Shown one piece after another: positions 1 to 9,757 of a stretch of DNA of 64,000 bases. Source of the stretch: Elusimicrobiota bacterium (GTDB taxonomy: Bacteria > Elusimicrobiota > Elusimicrobia > F11); assembly GCA_044221725.1 (NCBI GenBank), contig JBGAON010000001.1, positions 32,001-96,000 on the forward strand. Reading direction: 5' to 3'. How positions within the stretch are numbered: the first letter of the stretch is position 1; the number at the start of each line of letters is the position of its first letter. The position numbers and the translations under genes were made by a program. The notes below the pieces were generated by a model. That model searched no databases and had not been told where the DNA came from. It worked only from the letters and a program-made list of their open reading frames with translations.

Positions 1-2
1 TC

Positions 3-926
3 GTTCGCGACGCAATTGGCTATGTTCGACGTGATCTGGCGCACGCAGCAGGGGGTTTCTATTCCGCCGAAGACGCGGATAGCGAAGGAAAAGAAGGCAC
101 ATTTTATTTGTGGACGTTGCACGAGCTCGCCCAGATCCTTAATCCCGATCAACTGAAAGAATTTCTTGGCTATTTCCCCGTCACTGTCGATGGAAATTTT
201 GTTGACCCGCACGTCCGGGAAACCGGAAAGAACGTGTTGACGAGAAAGAAAGACGGCGACGGACCGCCAATCGTTAAAGAAGCGAAGCGTGTTCTTTTCG
301 AATTCCGTGCCCGCCGCCCACGGCCGCATCGCGACGAAAAAATCCTCACCGAATGGAATGGGCTTATGATTTCGGCGCTCGTTAAATCCGGTTCCGCGTT
401 GAACGATGAAACATATATTGCGGACGCCGCGCGGGCCGCGGATTTTGTGCACACAAATTTGTTTGACGATGCGACCAGGACCTTGTACCGAAGTTGGTGC
501 GACGGGTCACGCTCCATTGCCGCTCAACAAAGTGATTACGCAATGTTGGTTCAGGCTTTGCTTGATTTGTACGACGCCACGAAGAATATGCGATGGTTGG
601 ATTGGGCGAGCGCTCTTGAAAACATCCATGACCAAAAGTTCTTTGACCACGAGTTGGGCGGTTATTTTATGAACGAGCCGCGGCCGGATCTGTTGATACG
701 CCTCAAAGATTCCACGGACAATGTTATTCCCTCCGGAAATTCGGTTGCGGTCAGCAATGGGTTGCGTTTGTCGAAGCTCACCGGCCGTGCGGAATTTCGT
801 GAATATGCGACGAAAACGATTGCCGCGTATTCCCACCGGTTACAAAGTCAGCCGGGAGGGATGGTCACGTTGATTGGCGCGTTGCTCGAAGACGAACGAT
901 CCAAGTTGTCTAACCAAACTATTTAG
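3..926 (+). CDS. Thioredoxin-domain/six-hairpin glycosidase-like protein (YyaL/SSP411 family), 5'-truncated by the window edge
   Basis: Frame is open from position 3 with GGFYSAEDADSEGKEGTFYLW, RPRPHRDEKILTEWNGLMISAL and DNVIPSGNSVA, all typical YyaL C-terminal motifs. Confidence 0.88.
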   Translation, partial: VRDAIGYVRRDLAHAAGGFYSAEDADSEGKEGTFYLWTLHELAQILNPDQLKEFLGYFPVTVDGNFVDPHVRETGKNVLTRKKDGDGPPIVKEAKRVLFEFRARRPRPHRDEKILTEWNGLMISALVKSGSALNDETYIADAARAADFVHTNLFDDATRTLYRSWCDGSRSIAAQQSDYAMLVQALLDLYDATKNMRWLDWASALENIHDQKFFDHELGGYFMNEPRPDLLIRLKDSTDNVIPSGNSVAVSNGLRLSKLTGRAEFREYATKTIAAYSHRLQSQPGGMVTLIGALLEDERSKLSNQTI

Positions 927-940
927 GTTTTAATTGGCGC

Positions 941-1414
941 ATGAGCGAAGTTTATATGTCCCGTGCTGGGTATGAAAAATTGATGGCCGAGTTGAAAATG
1001 CTCGAGCAACGCAAACGTGATTTGTCGCACGAAATAGGAGAAACGCGCGAACAGGGTGACTTGCGAGAAAACGCCGGGTATCATTTTGCGCGTGAAAAGC
1101 AGAGCGAGACGCTCCGCCGTATCGCGGAGCTCCACACGAAGATTTCGAACGCAAAAATAATCGATGACATGAATTTACCGAAGGACGAAGTGATCATCGG
1201 AATGAAAGTCACGATTCGCGAGGCCGGCACGAGCGACGATTACGAATACATCTTGGTGGGTCCGGAGGAATCTGATCCGGCCGCTGGAAAAATTTCCGTG
1301 CACGCACCCATTGCGCAGGGGTTGCTCGGTCACAAAAAGAACGACGACGTCGCCATCGATTTGCCGGGCGGAAAGACCACGTTCAAAATTCTCAAAATCG
1401 AACCGGCTCTCTAA
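941..1414 (+). CDS. greA: Transcription elongation factor GreA
   Basis: GDLRENAGYHFARE and ISVHAPIAQGLLG motifs; 157 aa. Confidence 0.95.
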   Translation: MSEVYMSRAGYEKLMAELKMLEQRKRDLSHEIGETREQGDLRENAGYHFAREKQSETLRRIAELHTKISNAKIIDDMNLPKDEVIIGMKVTIREAGTSDDYEYILVGPEESDPAAGKISVHAPIAQGLLGHKKNDDVAIDLPGGKTTFKILKIEPAL

Positions 1415-1423
1415 CTTACCTTC

Positions 1424-2590
1424 TTGAAACACCGATTCTTATCTTCCCCCAGCCGTGCCTTCCTCGGCGCCTTGTTGGTGGCGATGGCATCGCCGGGTTG
1501 CAGTCAAGCGCCCTCCGAAAATAAAAGCGCGGCCGCTGTTCCCCAGATTCCGCTGTGGGGCGATTTTCGGAACGATCGTCCCAGTTGCGTCCGAGGCATT
1601 CATGTAAGTGCCTATTACATGGGCAGCAAGAAAGGACGCGAGAAGATTGAAAAGTTACTCGCTGAAACAGAACTCAACACGGTCGTCATCGACATCAAAG
1701 AGTCCGAAGGCGATGTATTTATTCCTGGAATCGCGCTCGATGGAAAAAAGAATTACGTTCCCGCGATTAAAGACCTCAAAGAATATTTGGCGTTTTTAAA
1801 GGAGCGGGGGGTTTTTACGCTCGCTCGTTTGTGTGTGTTCCACGATGATCGTTTGCCGCGTGAAAAGCCGGATTGGGCTATTCACGCGTCGAAGCCGATC
1901 GCGAAAGCAGCGGAAAAGGGATATCGGTCGGATGTTTGGGTGGACCGAAAAGGGTCCGCGTGGGCCGACCCATACAATCATCATGTTTGGGATTACAATA
2001 TCGATATCGCGATGAAGGCGGCCGATCTCGGTTTTCAAGGTATTCAATTTGATTATATACGTTTCCCGTCGGACGGGCAGACAAGGCTTTGCGTTTATTC
2101 GAAGCCCCATTCGGCTGCTACTGCGGTTGAGGCGCTCGGAACGTTTCTCGAGCGCGCGCATCAGAAATTGCAAGCACGCGGCGTGGAGCTGTCCATTGAC
2201 GTGTTCGGTTTGGTTGGATCCACCGGCGATGATATGGGGATTGGTCAGCGCTTGAATCGGCTTGCGAATCATGTGGATGTGGTATCCCCGATGATGTATC
2301 CCTCGCACTACGCGCCCGGCGAGTACGGTATCGCAAATCCGAACGCAAATCCTTACGAAACGATCCACCGAAGCATTCGCGACACGAAGAAAACGTTGAA
2401 GGGAATAAACATCGAATTAAGACCGTATTTGCAGGATTTTAGTCTCGGAGTGAAGTACGACACAAAAATGGTCCGCGATCAGATCGATGCTGCGAATGAT
2501 CTTGGTATTAGTGAATGGTTGCTCTGGAATCCGGCGTGCCGCTACACAACCGGCGCATTGATGCCGGAAGAAAATAAGCCGGCCAATTAG
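1424..2590 (+). CDS. Putative glycoside hydrolase (DUF4015-like TIM barrel), exported/lipoprotein
   Basis: ELNTVVIDIK, GFQGIQFDYIRFP, DVVSPMMYPSHY, RPYLQDF and WLLWNP motifs; N-terminal hydrophobic segment followed by Cys; exact start uncertain. Confidence 0.75.
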   Translation: MKHRFLSSPSRAFLGALLVAMASPGCSQAPSENKSAAAVPQIPLWGDFRNDRPSCVRGIHVSAYYMGSKKGREKIEKLLAETELNTVVIDIKESEGDVFIPGIALDGKKNYVPAIKDLKEYLAFLKERGVFTLARLCVFHDDRLPREKPDWAIHASKPIAKAAEKGYRSDVWVDRKGSAWADPYNHHVWDYNIDIAMKAADLGFQGIQFDYIRFPSDGQTRLCVYSKPHSAATAVEALGTFLERAHQKLQARGVELSIDVFGLVGSTGDDMGIGQRLNRLANHVDVVSPMMYPSHYAPGEYGIANPNANPYETIHRSIRDTKKTLKGINIELRPYLQDFSLGVKYDTKMVRDQIDAANDLGISEWLLWNPACRYTTGALMPEENKPAN

Positions 2591-4000
2591 TTAAGCAGCT
2601 TTCTTGCGATTCGCGTCTTCAACGTAAAGATGCAACTTTTCTCGTTGTTGTTCATGAGCAATCGCGTTCTCAATAGATAGAGCGGCTCGTGTGGCAAACG
2701 TGGTCGCGGTTTCCATGTCGATGTCCGATATTTTCTCGGTTGAAACTCGCCGCGTTGCGCGAATAATCCCCAATTCGTCCCCTTTGATATTTTTCAGCGG
2801 AAAAACGCTCGCCTGATCGTCTGCGATTTTCCCCCCGCGCCCCATCACCGTTTGGTAATTGTGGACCGTTGGCAAAAGAATCGACAAGTCGGCGGCGTCC
2901 GCTCCTAGAATCGTCATTATCCCATCCAACACAGCGGTGTACGTTTCCTTCGTTGAACGCGATGACGCGATGTTAGCCGCCATCACCCAGCTGTTCATTT
3001 CAAGAGATTTGCGGAGTTCTTCCATGCGATGCAAGCGTTGAATGGACAATCCCAACGACATCGCCACGAACTCAAGGAAAGATAGCTCGTCGGCGCCAAA
3101 CGCGTTTTTCCGTGGGCTCTCTACAACAAGTTCGCCGAACGTCTCGTTTTCGGCCCCGTTCACGGCCAGCTTAATTTTCGACCCAGCCGGGTGTCGGTCA
3201 TCGGTGTTCAGCGGGGTGTTCAAATCATCGAAGACAATATGGGATGAAGCTTCCAGCTTTGGACCAAGCCCTTCGTCCATAAGTTGAATTAACCGCGCGG
3301 CCACTTTGGGGCGCTCCGACAATGTCGTCATGTGATTGAGAGCCTCGGAAACAAGTGTCAAATTATTGAGCCGAAGTATTCGAAGTTCATCCACCGCATC
3401 TTGTTTTTTCAAGAACGCCAACGCGAGGCACGCGATACTCACCGTCAGCAGCATGAAAAATAACCGCGCAGCGATGTTGGCAACCATCGCCGATGACATG
3501 TCGCCCATGGGTTGAGACACGGCAAATGCGTAAAAAACCACACCACCGAAACCACTAAAAACAACAAGACGCGAGTCACGATGAAACGCGTGAATGACCA
3601 GTGGAATAAAATAAACAAAATACAATGGGCTGGTCATCCCCCCCGTAAAATACACCGACAACGACATAGCAGCAACGTCGAGCGAAGCAAAAACAAAATC
3701 CAGAGTTCGACCATGGCGCGAATTCATAAATGCGCTCGTGATGAGCAATTGGAGGACCGCGTAAATTGAAAATACCCACGTCATCGGCATGACCGACGGA
3801 ATGACCCCGCGCGCCGCGAGCACGTAGCAAGCAAGATACGAGGGAATCGCAATCCATGCCCGAACGGTATTATCGAAGCGGATTTTTTGCCATTGTGCGA
3901 GATGTTCGGATTCGGCTGTCGTCGTGCCAGCGGGCCGATCCTTGAAGGGCTGCAATGAGAAAAAGTCTTTAAGCTGGGGAATTTTCATATTTTCCGCCAT
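2591..4000 (-). CDS. Membrane sensor with N-terminal TM bundle and GAF-like domains, no recognisable output domain
   Basis: About 6 hydrophobic segments including VYFTGGMTSPLYFVYFIPLV; GAF-like AFGADELSFLEFVAMSLGLSI and FATRAALSIENA; stop soon after. Confidence 0.6.
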   Translation of the reverse strand: MAENMKIPQLKDFFSLQPFKDRPAGTTTAESEHLAQWQKIRFDNTVRAWIAIPSYLACYVLAARGVIPSVMPMTWVFSIYAVLQLLITSAFMNSRHGRTLDFVFASLDVAAMSLSVYFTGGMTSPLYFVYFIPLVIHAFHRDSRLVVFSGFGGVVFYAFAVSQPMGDMSSAMVANIAARLFFMLLTVSIACLALAFLKKQDAVDELRILRLNNLTLVSEALNHMTTLSERPKVAARLIQLMDEGLGPKLEASSHIVFDDLNTPLNTDDRHPAGSKIKLAVNGAENETFGELVVESPRKNAFGADELSFLEFVAMSLGLSIQRLHRMEELRKSLEMNSWVMAANIASSRSTKETYTAVLDGIMTILGADAADLSILLPTVHNYQTVMGRGGKIADDQASVFPLKNIKGDELGIIRATRRVSTEKISDIDMETATTFATRAALSIENAIAHEQQREKLHLYVEDANRKKAA

Positions 4001-4103
4001 CCCGGTTAGGGTTTGACGTCTTAAGTGTAACGGCCGTGACCAAAGTTACAAGGCGATCAGCCATCGGACATCGAAAATTCAAATTGATTTAACAAGCCGT
4101 TTT

Positions 4104-4622
4104 CTAAGGGGTATGGGTTGAGAAATTTTTTCTTCGAAAAATGTCCGTGTGGATGTTCGCGACCCGGTCTAGGAACAGTTGGCCATGCAAGTGGTCAATC
4201 TCATGTTGAAACGCCAAGGCTTCAAATCCTTCGGCTCGGATCCTTGTTCGTTCCCCCTCAAAATTTAACGTCTCGACAATCACGGTCTGATGCCGCTGAA
4301 CATTCGCAAGCACATCCGGGATAGATAGGCATCCCTCTCGCGGAATCTGAAGTCCCAATCCTTCAACTAATACAGGATTTATGAGGACGACAAATCCATG
4401 GCAGGATCCGGACGGCTTTCGCTTCGATCGGCCGACATCAATGACGCTGACTTGTTGCGATACTCCAATTTGTGGCGCGGCCAGTCCCACTCCGGGGGAA
4501 GCGTACATCGTAAGTTTGAGATCATTAATGAGGTGCGCAAGTTTTGAATCGAACGTATTTATTGGTTCGCAGGGTCGGGACAAGCATGGATCCGGAAAAA
4601 GACGAATGGGGCGAATGGCCAT
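4104..4622 (-). CDS. def: Peptide deformylase
   Basis: GVGLAAPQIG, EGCLS and QHEIDHLHG motifs. Confidence 0.96.
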   Translation of the reverse strand: MAIRPIRLFPDPCLSRPCEPINTFDSKLAHLINDLKLTMYASPGVGLAAPQIGVSQQVSVIDVGRSKRKPSGSCHGFVVLINPVLVEGLGLQIPREGCLSIPDVLANVQRHQTVIVETLNFEGERTRIRAEGFEALAFQHEIDHLHGQLFLDRVANIHTDIFRRKNFSTHTP

Positions 4623-5152
4623 TAAAGAGTTTGAGTGGCGAGCGCTTCCAAGGTAATTTTCGCCCGCAGTTGGCGGCCAAGCTTGGCCAGATTCGAACGA
4701 AGTCTCTTTTCGTTATCGGATCGTACGAACTCTCCTTCAAGCAAAACGATAAATCCCGCTTGGGTCCCTGCGGTCGTGCGGTGGGTTGAGACGTCCGTGA
4801 TATTGAAGCCCTGATTCGCCAGAGCTTCTGTGACGAAATAAACAATTCCGGGTTGATCCGGCCCGTGCACGCGTACAATGAATTTTTGTTTTTTGCTCGG
4901 TTGGAAACGCGCTTGTGCGGAGGAGATCTTTTTCAATCCCACATTTACATCTTTCAACGCGCGTTGTTTCGAAAATATATTCTCGGAAAGAGATTTTTCT
5001 GAGCTTACAATAACAAACATCGCGAATTCCGAACCGAGCCGCATCATCGACGAATCTTCAAGGTTGCAGTCGTGATCGAAAAGAAACTTTGTGATGGCGC
5101 ATACAAAGCCCGGTCGATCTTTGCCGGTTGCCCAGATCAAATAGTGATTCAC
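4622..5152 (-). CDS. Double ACT-domain protein (GcvR-like)
   Basis: GKDRPGFV and GPDQPGIV ACT repeats; NLEDSSMMRLGSEFAM. Confidence 0.85.
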   Translation of the reverse strand: MNHYLIWATGKDRPGFVCAITKFLFDHDCNLEDSSMMRLGSEFAMFVIVSSEKSLSENIFSKQRALKDVNVGLKKISSAQARFQPSKKQKFIVRVHGPDQPGIVYFVTEALANQGFNITDVSTHRTTAGTQAGFIVLLEGEFVRSDNEKRLRSNLAKLGRQLRAKITLEALATQTL

Positions 5153-5323
5153 AAAATGAGATTATCAAAATTCCAATAAATTCATGGGTTATTTGGTATA
5201 TTCTGCGCCTTCGTTTGCAAGTGATTTTCCCTCGGTTGGTTCTCATTCCTGCCACGATTTGCTTGAACGATTTTATTCGACACGTTTTTGGAGGCAGTAA
5301 AATTTTTTATGGGCGTTGGTACT

Positions 5324-6349
5324 ATGTCAGAACGGAAAACTTATAGCGTCGCGGTTGTAGGTGCCACCGGAGCGGTGGGCTTGGAAATGATTCGTATGCT
5401 TGAGGATCGGAAATTTCCGGTAAAGGAGTTGCGTCTTTTCGCGAGCGAGCGATCTTCCGGTAAATCGTTGACATTCAAAGGCCGCCCGGTTAATGTGCAA
5501 ACAATTGATGATCAATCTATTTCAGGACTGGACATCGCAATATTTTCTGCTGGCGCGACGGTTTCAAAGGAAGTTGCCCCTCTTTTTGCGAAAAAAGGCG
5601 TGTTTGTGATTGATAACTCAAGTGCCTGGCGCATGGATCCCGAAATCCCCCTCGTCGTTCCGGAAGTCAATCCGCACGTTTTGTCGAAAGATAAAAAAAT
5701 AATTGCCAATCCCAACTGCTCGACCATCCAGATGGTTGTGGCGTTGAAGCCCATTCACGACGTCGCAAAGATTAAAACCATTCGCGTTGCGACCTACCAG
5801 GCGGTTTCTGGTGCGGGCGCAAAAGGAATGAAGGATTTGGATGACCAGTCTCGGGCTTGGGCCGCCGGTAAGCCAATCCCGCAGGGAAAGAAGATTTCAC
5901 ACCAGATTGCGTTTAATCTCGTTCCTCAGATCGACGTTTTTACCGACAATGGTTACACCAAAGAAGAAATGAAAATGGTCAATGAGACGCAAAAGATTAT
6001 GGAGGCACCTCATATTAATGTGTCCGCCACGTGTGTGCGCGTTCCTGTTTTCCGATCTCATTCCGAAGCGGTTTGGATCGAAACGGAGAAACCGATTTCC
6101 GCGTCCGAAGCGCAAGAGATCTTGAAGAATTCGCCCGGTATCGTGCTTCAAGATGAGCCCTCGAAAGCTTCTTACCCCATGCCTCTTCATGCCGAAGCAC
6201 AGCAGAAGACATTCGTCGGTCGAATTCGCCAAGATTTGGCATCGAAGAACGGCCTGTCAATGTGGATCGTGTCGGATAACTTGCTGAAGGGTGCCGCTTT
6301 AAATGCTGTTGAAATTGCCGAATTGCTGGTGGCTCGGGGCTTGGTTTGA
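5324..6349 (+). CDS. asd: Aspartate-semialdehyde dehydrogenase
   Basis: VVGATGAVG, IIANPNCSTIQM, TCVRVPV and DNLLKGAALNAV; ATG at 5324 preferred over TTG at 5288. Confidence 0.96.
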   Translation: MSERKTYSVAVVGATGAVGLEMIRMLEDRKFPVKELRLFASERSSGKSLTFKGRPVNVQTIDDQSISGLDIAIFSAGATVSKEVAPLFAKKGVFVIDNSSAWRMDPEIPLVVPEVNPHVLSKDKKIIANPNCSTIQMVVALKPIHDVAKIKTIRVATYQAVSGAGAKGMKDLDDQSRAWAAGKPIPQGKKISHQIAFNLVPQIDVFTDNGYTKEEMKMVNETQKIMEAPHINVSATCVRVPVFRSHSEAVWIETEKPISASEAQEILKNSPGIVLQDEPSKASYPMPLHAEAQQKTFVGRIRQDLASKNGLSMWIVSDNLLKGAALNAVEIAELLVARGLV

Positions 6350-6350
6350 T

Positions 6351-6366
6351 TGTTCCACGTGGAACA
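6351..6366. promoter_or_regulatory. parS centromere site (ParB binding)
   Basis: Perfect 16-bp palindrome TGTTCCACGTGGAACA in the asd-PPIase intergenic gap; matches the parS consensus. Confidence 0.85.
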
Positions 6367-6411
6367 CGCCCAGCTTTCTCTAACGTGCTGGATAAAGATT
6401 AAGGAGTAAAA

Positions 6412-7593
6412 ATGAAAGAACGACATAGTTTTGGCGTTTATATCGCGGCGATAGCTTCCATGGCTGTGGTATCGCTGGTATCAGCAGAAATTATCGGGAA
6501 AAGCGTTGCCACCGTAAATGGAGAGGCAATCTACTCAGCCGAGTTCGATAACAATCTGGATGCGTTGCTGGATCAGCATAAAAAAATGGCGCCTAACGAG
6601 CCACAAACAGGCGAGTGGCTTCGGACCAATAAAAAACTGTTGTTGGATCAAATGATTGAAGAAAAGTTGCTCCTTCAAGAAGCGAATCGGCGGAAGATCG
6701 TGGTACCGAAGCGGCAACTTGAAGAGGGAATTCTTCAGATCAAGAACCGATTCAAGAATGTTCAGCCGAATGCCAAACCAACAAAAGAAGATTATGAACG
6801 CGACCTTTCGCCAGACGAAAAGAAGGCGTTCCTTGAAGAGCTCAAAATTCAGGGAATTACAGAGAAAGAGTTTGAAACAAAAATTAATGATCAATTAAAA
6901 GTGCTGCGTCTAACGGAAGAAGAAATCCGCGGAAAAGTGCCTCCTCCGGTCAAAGAAGATCGAGCAGATTCCGGCGCTGAGCCGAAGGAAATTTCTCCTG
7001 CCTACGAAAAGGAAACGCAGGCTTTGTATGCAGATGTTGAAAAACGCTTCAACCAGAAGGATTTTAAGCCGAATCCCGAAAATGACACCGATCAAATCGT
7101 GGAAGTGCTGCGGAGCAAACTGGGGGAATCGGTGCACGCCCGGCACATTTTGGTGAAATCAAGTCGGAACGACGATTTCAAAAAGCGCCAGGCCGCCTTG
7201 GCAAAAGCCCAAGCGCTTAAAAAGGAACTGGACAAGGGTGCTGATTTTGTGGACCTTGCTAATCAAAAATCTGAGGGACCCAGCGCAAAAAATGGTGGAG
7301 ATTTGGGATTCTTTACTCGGGGCCAAATGACGCCGGAGTTTGAAAAGGCGGCGTTCTCTTTGCCCGTCGGTGGCATTTCGGACGTCGTGGAAACAGAGTT
7401 TGGTTATCACATTATTCAGGTTGAAGAAAAGCGGGCTGCAAAAAAGCTGCGGTACGAGGATATCAAGCTCGATCTGGCCGGTTATTTGTATCAGAAAAAA
7501 ATGAAGGATCGTTACGATCAATTTGTCGGTGATTTGCGAAAAAAAGCCGATATCAAGATTTCGATCGATCTCGATAAAGATAAAAAGGGTTAA
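6412..7593 (+). CDS. SurA/PrsA-like parvulin peptidyl-prolyl isomerase
   Basis: Signal peptide, VATVNGEAI, VHARHILVK, GGDLGFF, FEKAAFSL and FGYHIIQV; SD AAGGAG. Confidence 0.9.
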   Translation: MKERHSFGVYIAAIASMAVVSLVSAEIIGKSVATVNGEAIYSAEFDNNLDALLDQHKKMAPNEPQTGEWLRTNKKLLLDQMIEEKLLLQEANRRKIVVPKRQLEEGILQIKNRFKNVQPNAKPTKEDYERDLSPDEKKAFLEELKIQGITEKEFETKINDQLKVLRLTEEEIRGKVPPPVKEDRADSGAEPKEISPAYEKETQALYADVEKRFNQKDFKPNPENDTDQIVEVLRSKLGESVHARHILVKSSRNDDFKKRQAALAKAQALKKELDKGADFVDLANQKSEGPSAKNGGDLGFFTRGQMTPEFEKAAFSLPVGGISDVVETEFGYHIIQVEEKRAAKKLRYEDIKLDLAGYLYQKKMKDRYDQFVGDLRKKADIKISIDLDKDKKG

Positions 7594-7602
7594 TAAAAAA
7601 TG

Positions 7603-7631
7603 TTGACGAATTCACTACTTATTAGTATTAA
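7603..7631 (+). promoter_or_regulatory. Putative sigma70 promoter of rplM-rpsI
   Basis: TTGACG (7603-7608), 17-bp spacer, TATTAA (7626-7631), 9 nt before the ATG. Confidence 0.45.
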
Positions 7632-7640
7632 CAGCGCCTT

Positions 7641-8087
7641 ATGTTGAACAAAACGTACCAACCATCACAAATTTCCGTCGAGCGCAAGTGGCATCTCGTG
7701 GATGCGAAGGGTCAGATTTTGGGCCGGCTTGCTGGAGACATTGCAAAAAGACTTTCAGGGAAAACGAAGCGGACGTACACCCCTCATATCGACTTGGGGG
7801 ATTTCGTTGTCGTTGTGAACGCCGAAGGTGTTCGCATCACTGGTAATAACAAGCCCGTTCAGAAAATCGATTTTCGGCATTCGGGCTATCCAGGCGGCGA
7901 TACGATCACTCCGTACGGTGAATTTTTGAAAAAGAAACCGGAGCGCGCAATTGAATTGGCCGTTTCCGGAATGCTTGCAAAGAACAAATTGCGCGACCGC
8001 CAAATGGCGCGCTTGAAAGTTTACAAAGGGCCCGCGCATCCGCATGGAGCGCAATTCGCAACGAAAGTAGCCGTATCGGCTGCTTAA
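7641..8087 (+). CDS. rplM: 50S ribosomal protein L13
   Basis: WHLVDAKGQILGRLA, YTPHIDLGDFVVVVNA and RHSGYPGG. Confidence 0.97.
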   Translation: MLNKTYQPSQISVERKWHLVDAKGQILGRLAGDIAKRLSGKTKRTYTPHIDLGDFVVVVNAEGVRITGNNKPVQKIDFRHSGYPGGDTITPYGEFLKKKPERAIELAVSGMLAKNKLRDRQMARLKVYKGPAHPHGAQFATKVAVSAA

Positions 8088-8102
8088 AGAAAGGTAATCT
8101 CA

Positions 8103-8510
8103 ATGGCAACACTCTCCGCATCATTTCCAATCTGGGCCACCGGCCGACGCAAAGAGAGCGTCGCTCGCGTGCGCGTTGAACAAGGAACCGGTCAGCTTTT
8201 GATTAACGATAAATCAATTAGCGATTATTTTGGTGGGCATGTTCGTGCTCGCGCCTTAGCGACGGCCCCACTTCATCACACTCGCAGTGCGACCACGCTT
8301 GATTTCCATATTTCCGTCCTCGGTGGCGGAGTCACTGGGCAATCGGGCGCAGTTTCCCTCGGCATCGCACGCGCCATCGTCGAACTTGAACCAGGTTTGC
8401 GTTCGGTTCTTCGCAAAGAGGGATTCTTGACGCGCGACCCGCGTATGGTCGAGCGCAAGAAACCGGGCCAACCAAAAGCCCGTCGTCGTTTCCAACATTC
8501 CAAACGATAA
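8103..8510 (+). CDS. rpsI: 30S ribosomal protein S9
   Basis: TGRRKESVARV, GGGVTGQSGA and LTRDPRMVERKKPG...SKR. Confidence 0.97.
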   Translation: MATLSASFPIWATGRRKESVARVRVEQGTGQLLINDKSISDYFGGHVRARALATAPLHHTRSATTLDFHISVLGGGVTGQSGAVSLGIARAIVELEPGLRSVLRKEGFLTRDPRMVERKKPGQPKARRRFQHSKR

Positions 8511-9417
8511 ATCAAAGTCCGCAGAATTTTTCCGAAAGCTTGGTTACAAACACCAAGTCGCGGGCCGTTTTGTCGCTGCACGTGTTGCGTATGAAAATCT
8601 TTATCGAACCGAAAGCTCTTCGGAAGCCGCTCTTCGTGTCGGCGACGTATGCCGTCAGCTCGAGGATTTCCGCTCGGCGCTGGTTTGGTACAAACGCGCC
8701 GAGACTTTTGCACGTACGTGGAACATTCCTGAGGACTTCGATGACGCGCAAATGGGCAAAGCAATGTGCGCGCGTGGACTTGGCCAATACCGTTCAGCGA
8801 TCAAACAATTAAAGTCCTGCCTTAAAAATTACCAACAAAAATCCGACCCGGAAGGTGTGGCTTATGCGTTATGGGCGATCGGTACAACCGAACGATTTGC
8901 GAAACGTTTTTCGTTCGCAGAAAAACATCTTCGCGAAAGTGTGAGGCGATATCAGAAAATAAAAGATACCAATGGCCTCGCCTATGCGCGCTGTGGACTG
9001 GGCGGTACGTTGCGTATGCGAGGAAAATACCGGGAATCGAGACTTTTGTATCGGCGTGCCTTTGACTATTTCAAGAAAAAGCGCGACCGGTTTGGTATGG
9101 CCTATTCCAGTTGTGGGCAGGGGAACGCTTTGCGAATGCTTCGGCAGCCGCAAAAGGGTCTTCCGTTTATGAATCGTGCAATTCAGTTCTATCGATCCTT
9201 GGGTCTTAAAGGCCCACTCGGTTTTGTGCTGTGGAGTCGCTCTCAAGCGTGGGCTCAATTGCACAACGCGAAGCAAGCGTGGATAGACCTAAAGGAAGCG
9301 CAAAAAATGTTTTCTTCCGTCGACGATCGTCGTGGACTCGCTTATTGCAGGATCGGTGCCAAGCGTGTCCATTGCGAAATTCAAAAAAGACCTTGCAAGA
9401 TAATCGAAATCCCTTAA
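8497..9417 (+). CDS. Tetratricopeptide-repeat protein (start uncertain: first ATG 8752, but the frame is open and TPR-like from about 8500)
   Basis: About 40-aa repeats of the type GxAYAxxGxGxxxRxxG; the upstream in-frame segment also reads as TPR helices; in-frame ATT at 8497. Confidence 0.7.
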   Translation: MPNDKSKSAEFFRKLGYKHQVAGRFVAARVAYENLYRTESSSEAALRVGDVCRQLEDFRSALVWYKRAETFARTWNIPEDFDDAQMGKAMCARGLGQYRSAIKQLKSCLKNYQQKSDPEGVAYALWAIGTTERFAKRFSFAEKHLRESVRRYQKIKDTNGLAYARCGLGGTLRMRGKYRESRLLYRRAFDYFKKKRDRFGMAYSSCGQGNALRMLRQPQKGLPFMNRAIQFYRSLGLKGPLGFVLWSRSQAWAQLHNAKQAWIDLKEAQKMFSSVDDRRGLAYCRIGAKRVHCEIQKRPCKIIEIP

Positions 9418-9420
9418 AGT
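9393..9420 (+). promoter_or_regulatory. Putative sigma70 promoter of the HU gene
   Basis: TTGCAA, 16-bp spacer, TAAAGT upstream of the GAGGAGG SD. Confidence 0.4.
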
Positions 9421-9475
9421 AAAAGCGTGCAGTAAGACGCTTTATTTCGATGGATATTATGCGAGGAGGAAGCTC

Positions 9476-9757
9476 GTGAAGAAGAATGAATTGATCGACA
9501 GGGTAACACGTGAAGCGCGTCTCCGTCGTTCAGAGGCCGTAAGAGCGGTAAAAGCCGTGGTGGGATCCATTCGGGCGACCATTTCAGAAGGGGGAAAAAT
9601 TTCCCTCTCCGGATTGGGGACCTTTAAGGTGAAATCACGAAAGGCTCGGCCGGGACGGAATCCGAAGACCGGTGAAACGATTCAAATTCCTGTGGGTCGC
9701 AAGATTTCTTTCAAGCCTAGCTTGGCTCTAAAGAAACTTATTAAAAGCCCCGCGTAA
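9476..9757 (+). CDS. hup: HU family DNA-binding protein
   Basis: MKKNELI...GLGTFKVKSRKARPGRNPKTGETIQIP; GTG start with SD GAGGAGG. Confidence 0.93.
   Translation: MKKNELIDRVTREARLRRSEAVRAVKAVVGSIRATISEGGKISLSGLGTFKVKSRKARPGRNPKTGETIQIPVGRKISFKPSLALKKLIKSPA

Noticed and set aside
8711..8726. Second parS site
   Set aside because: Only one half (ACGTGGAACA) matches and the palindrome is broken; a similar half match lies inside rsmA near 22582
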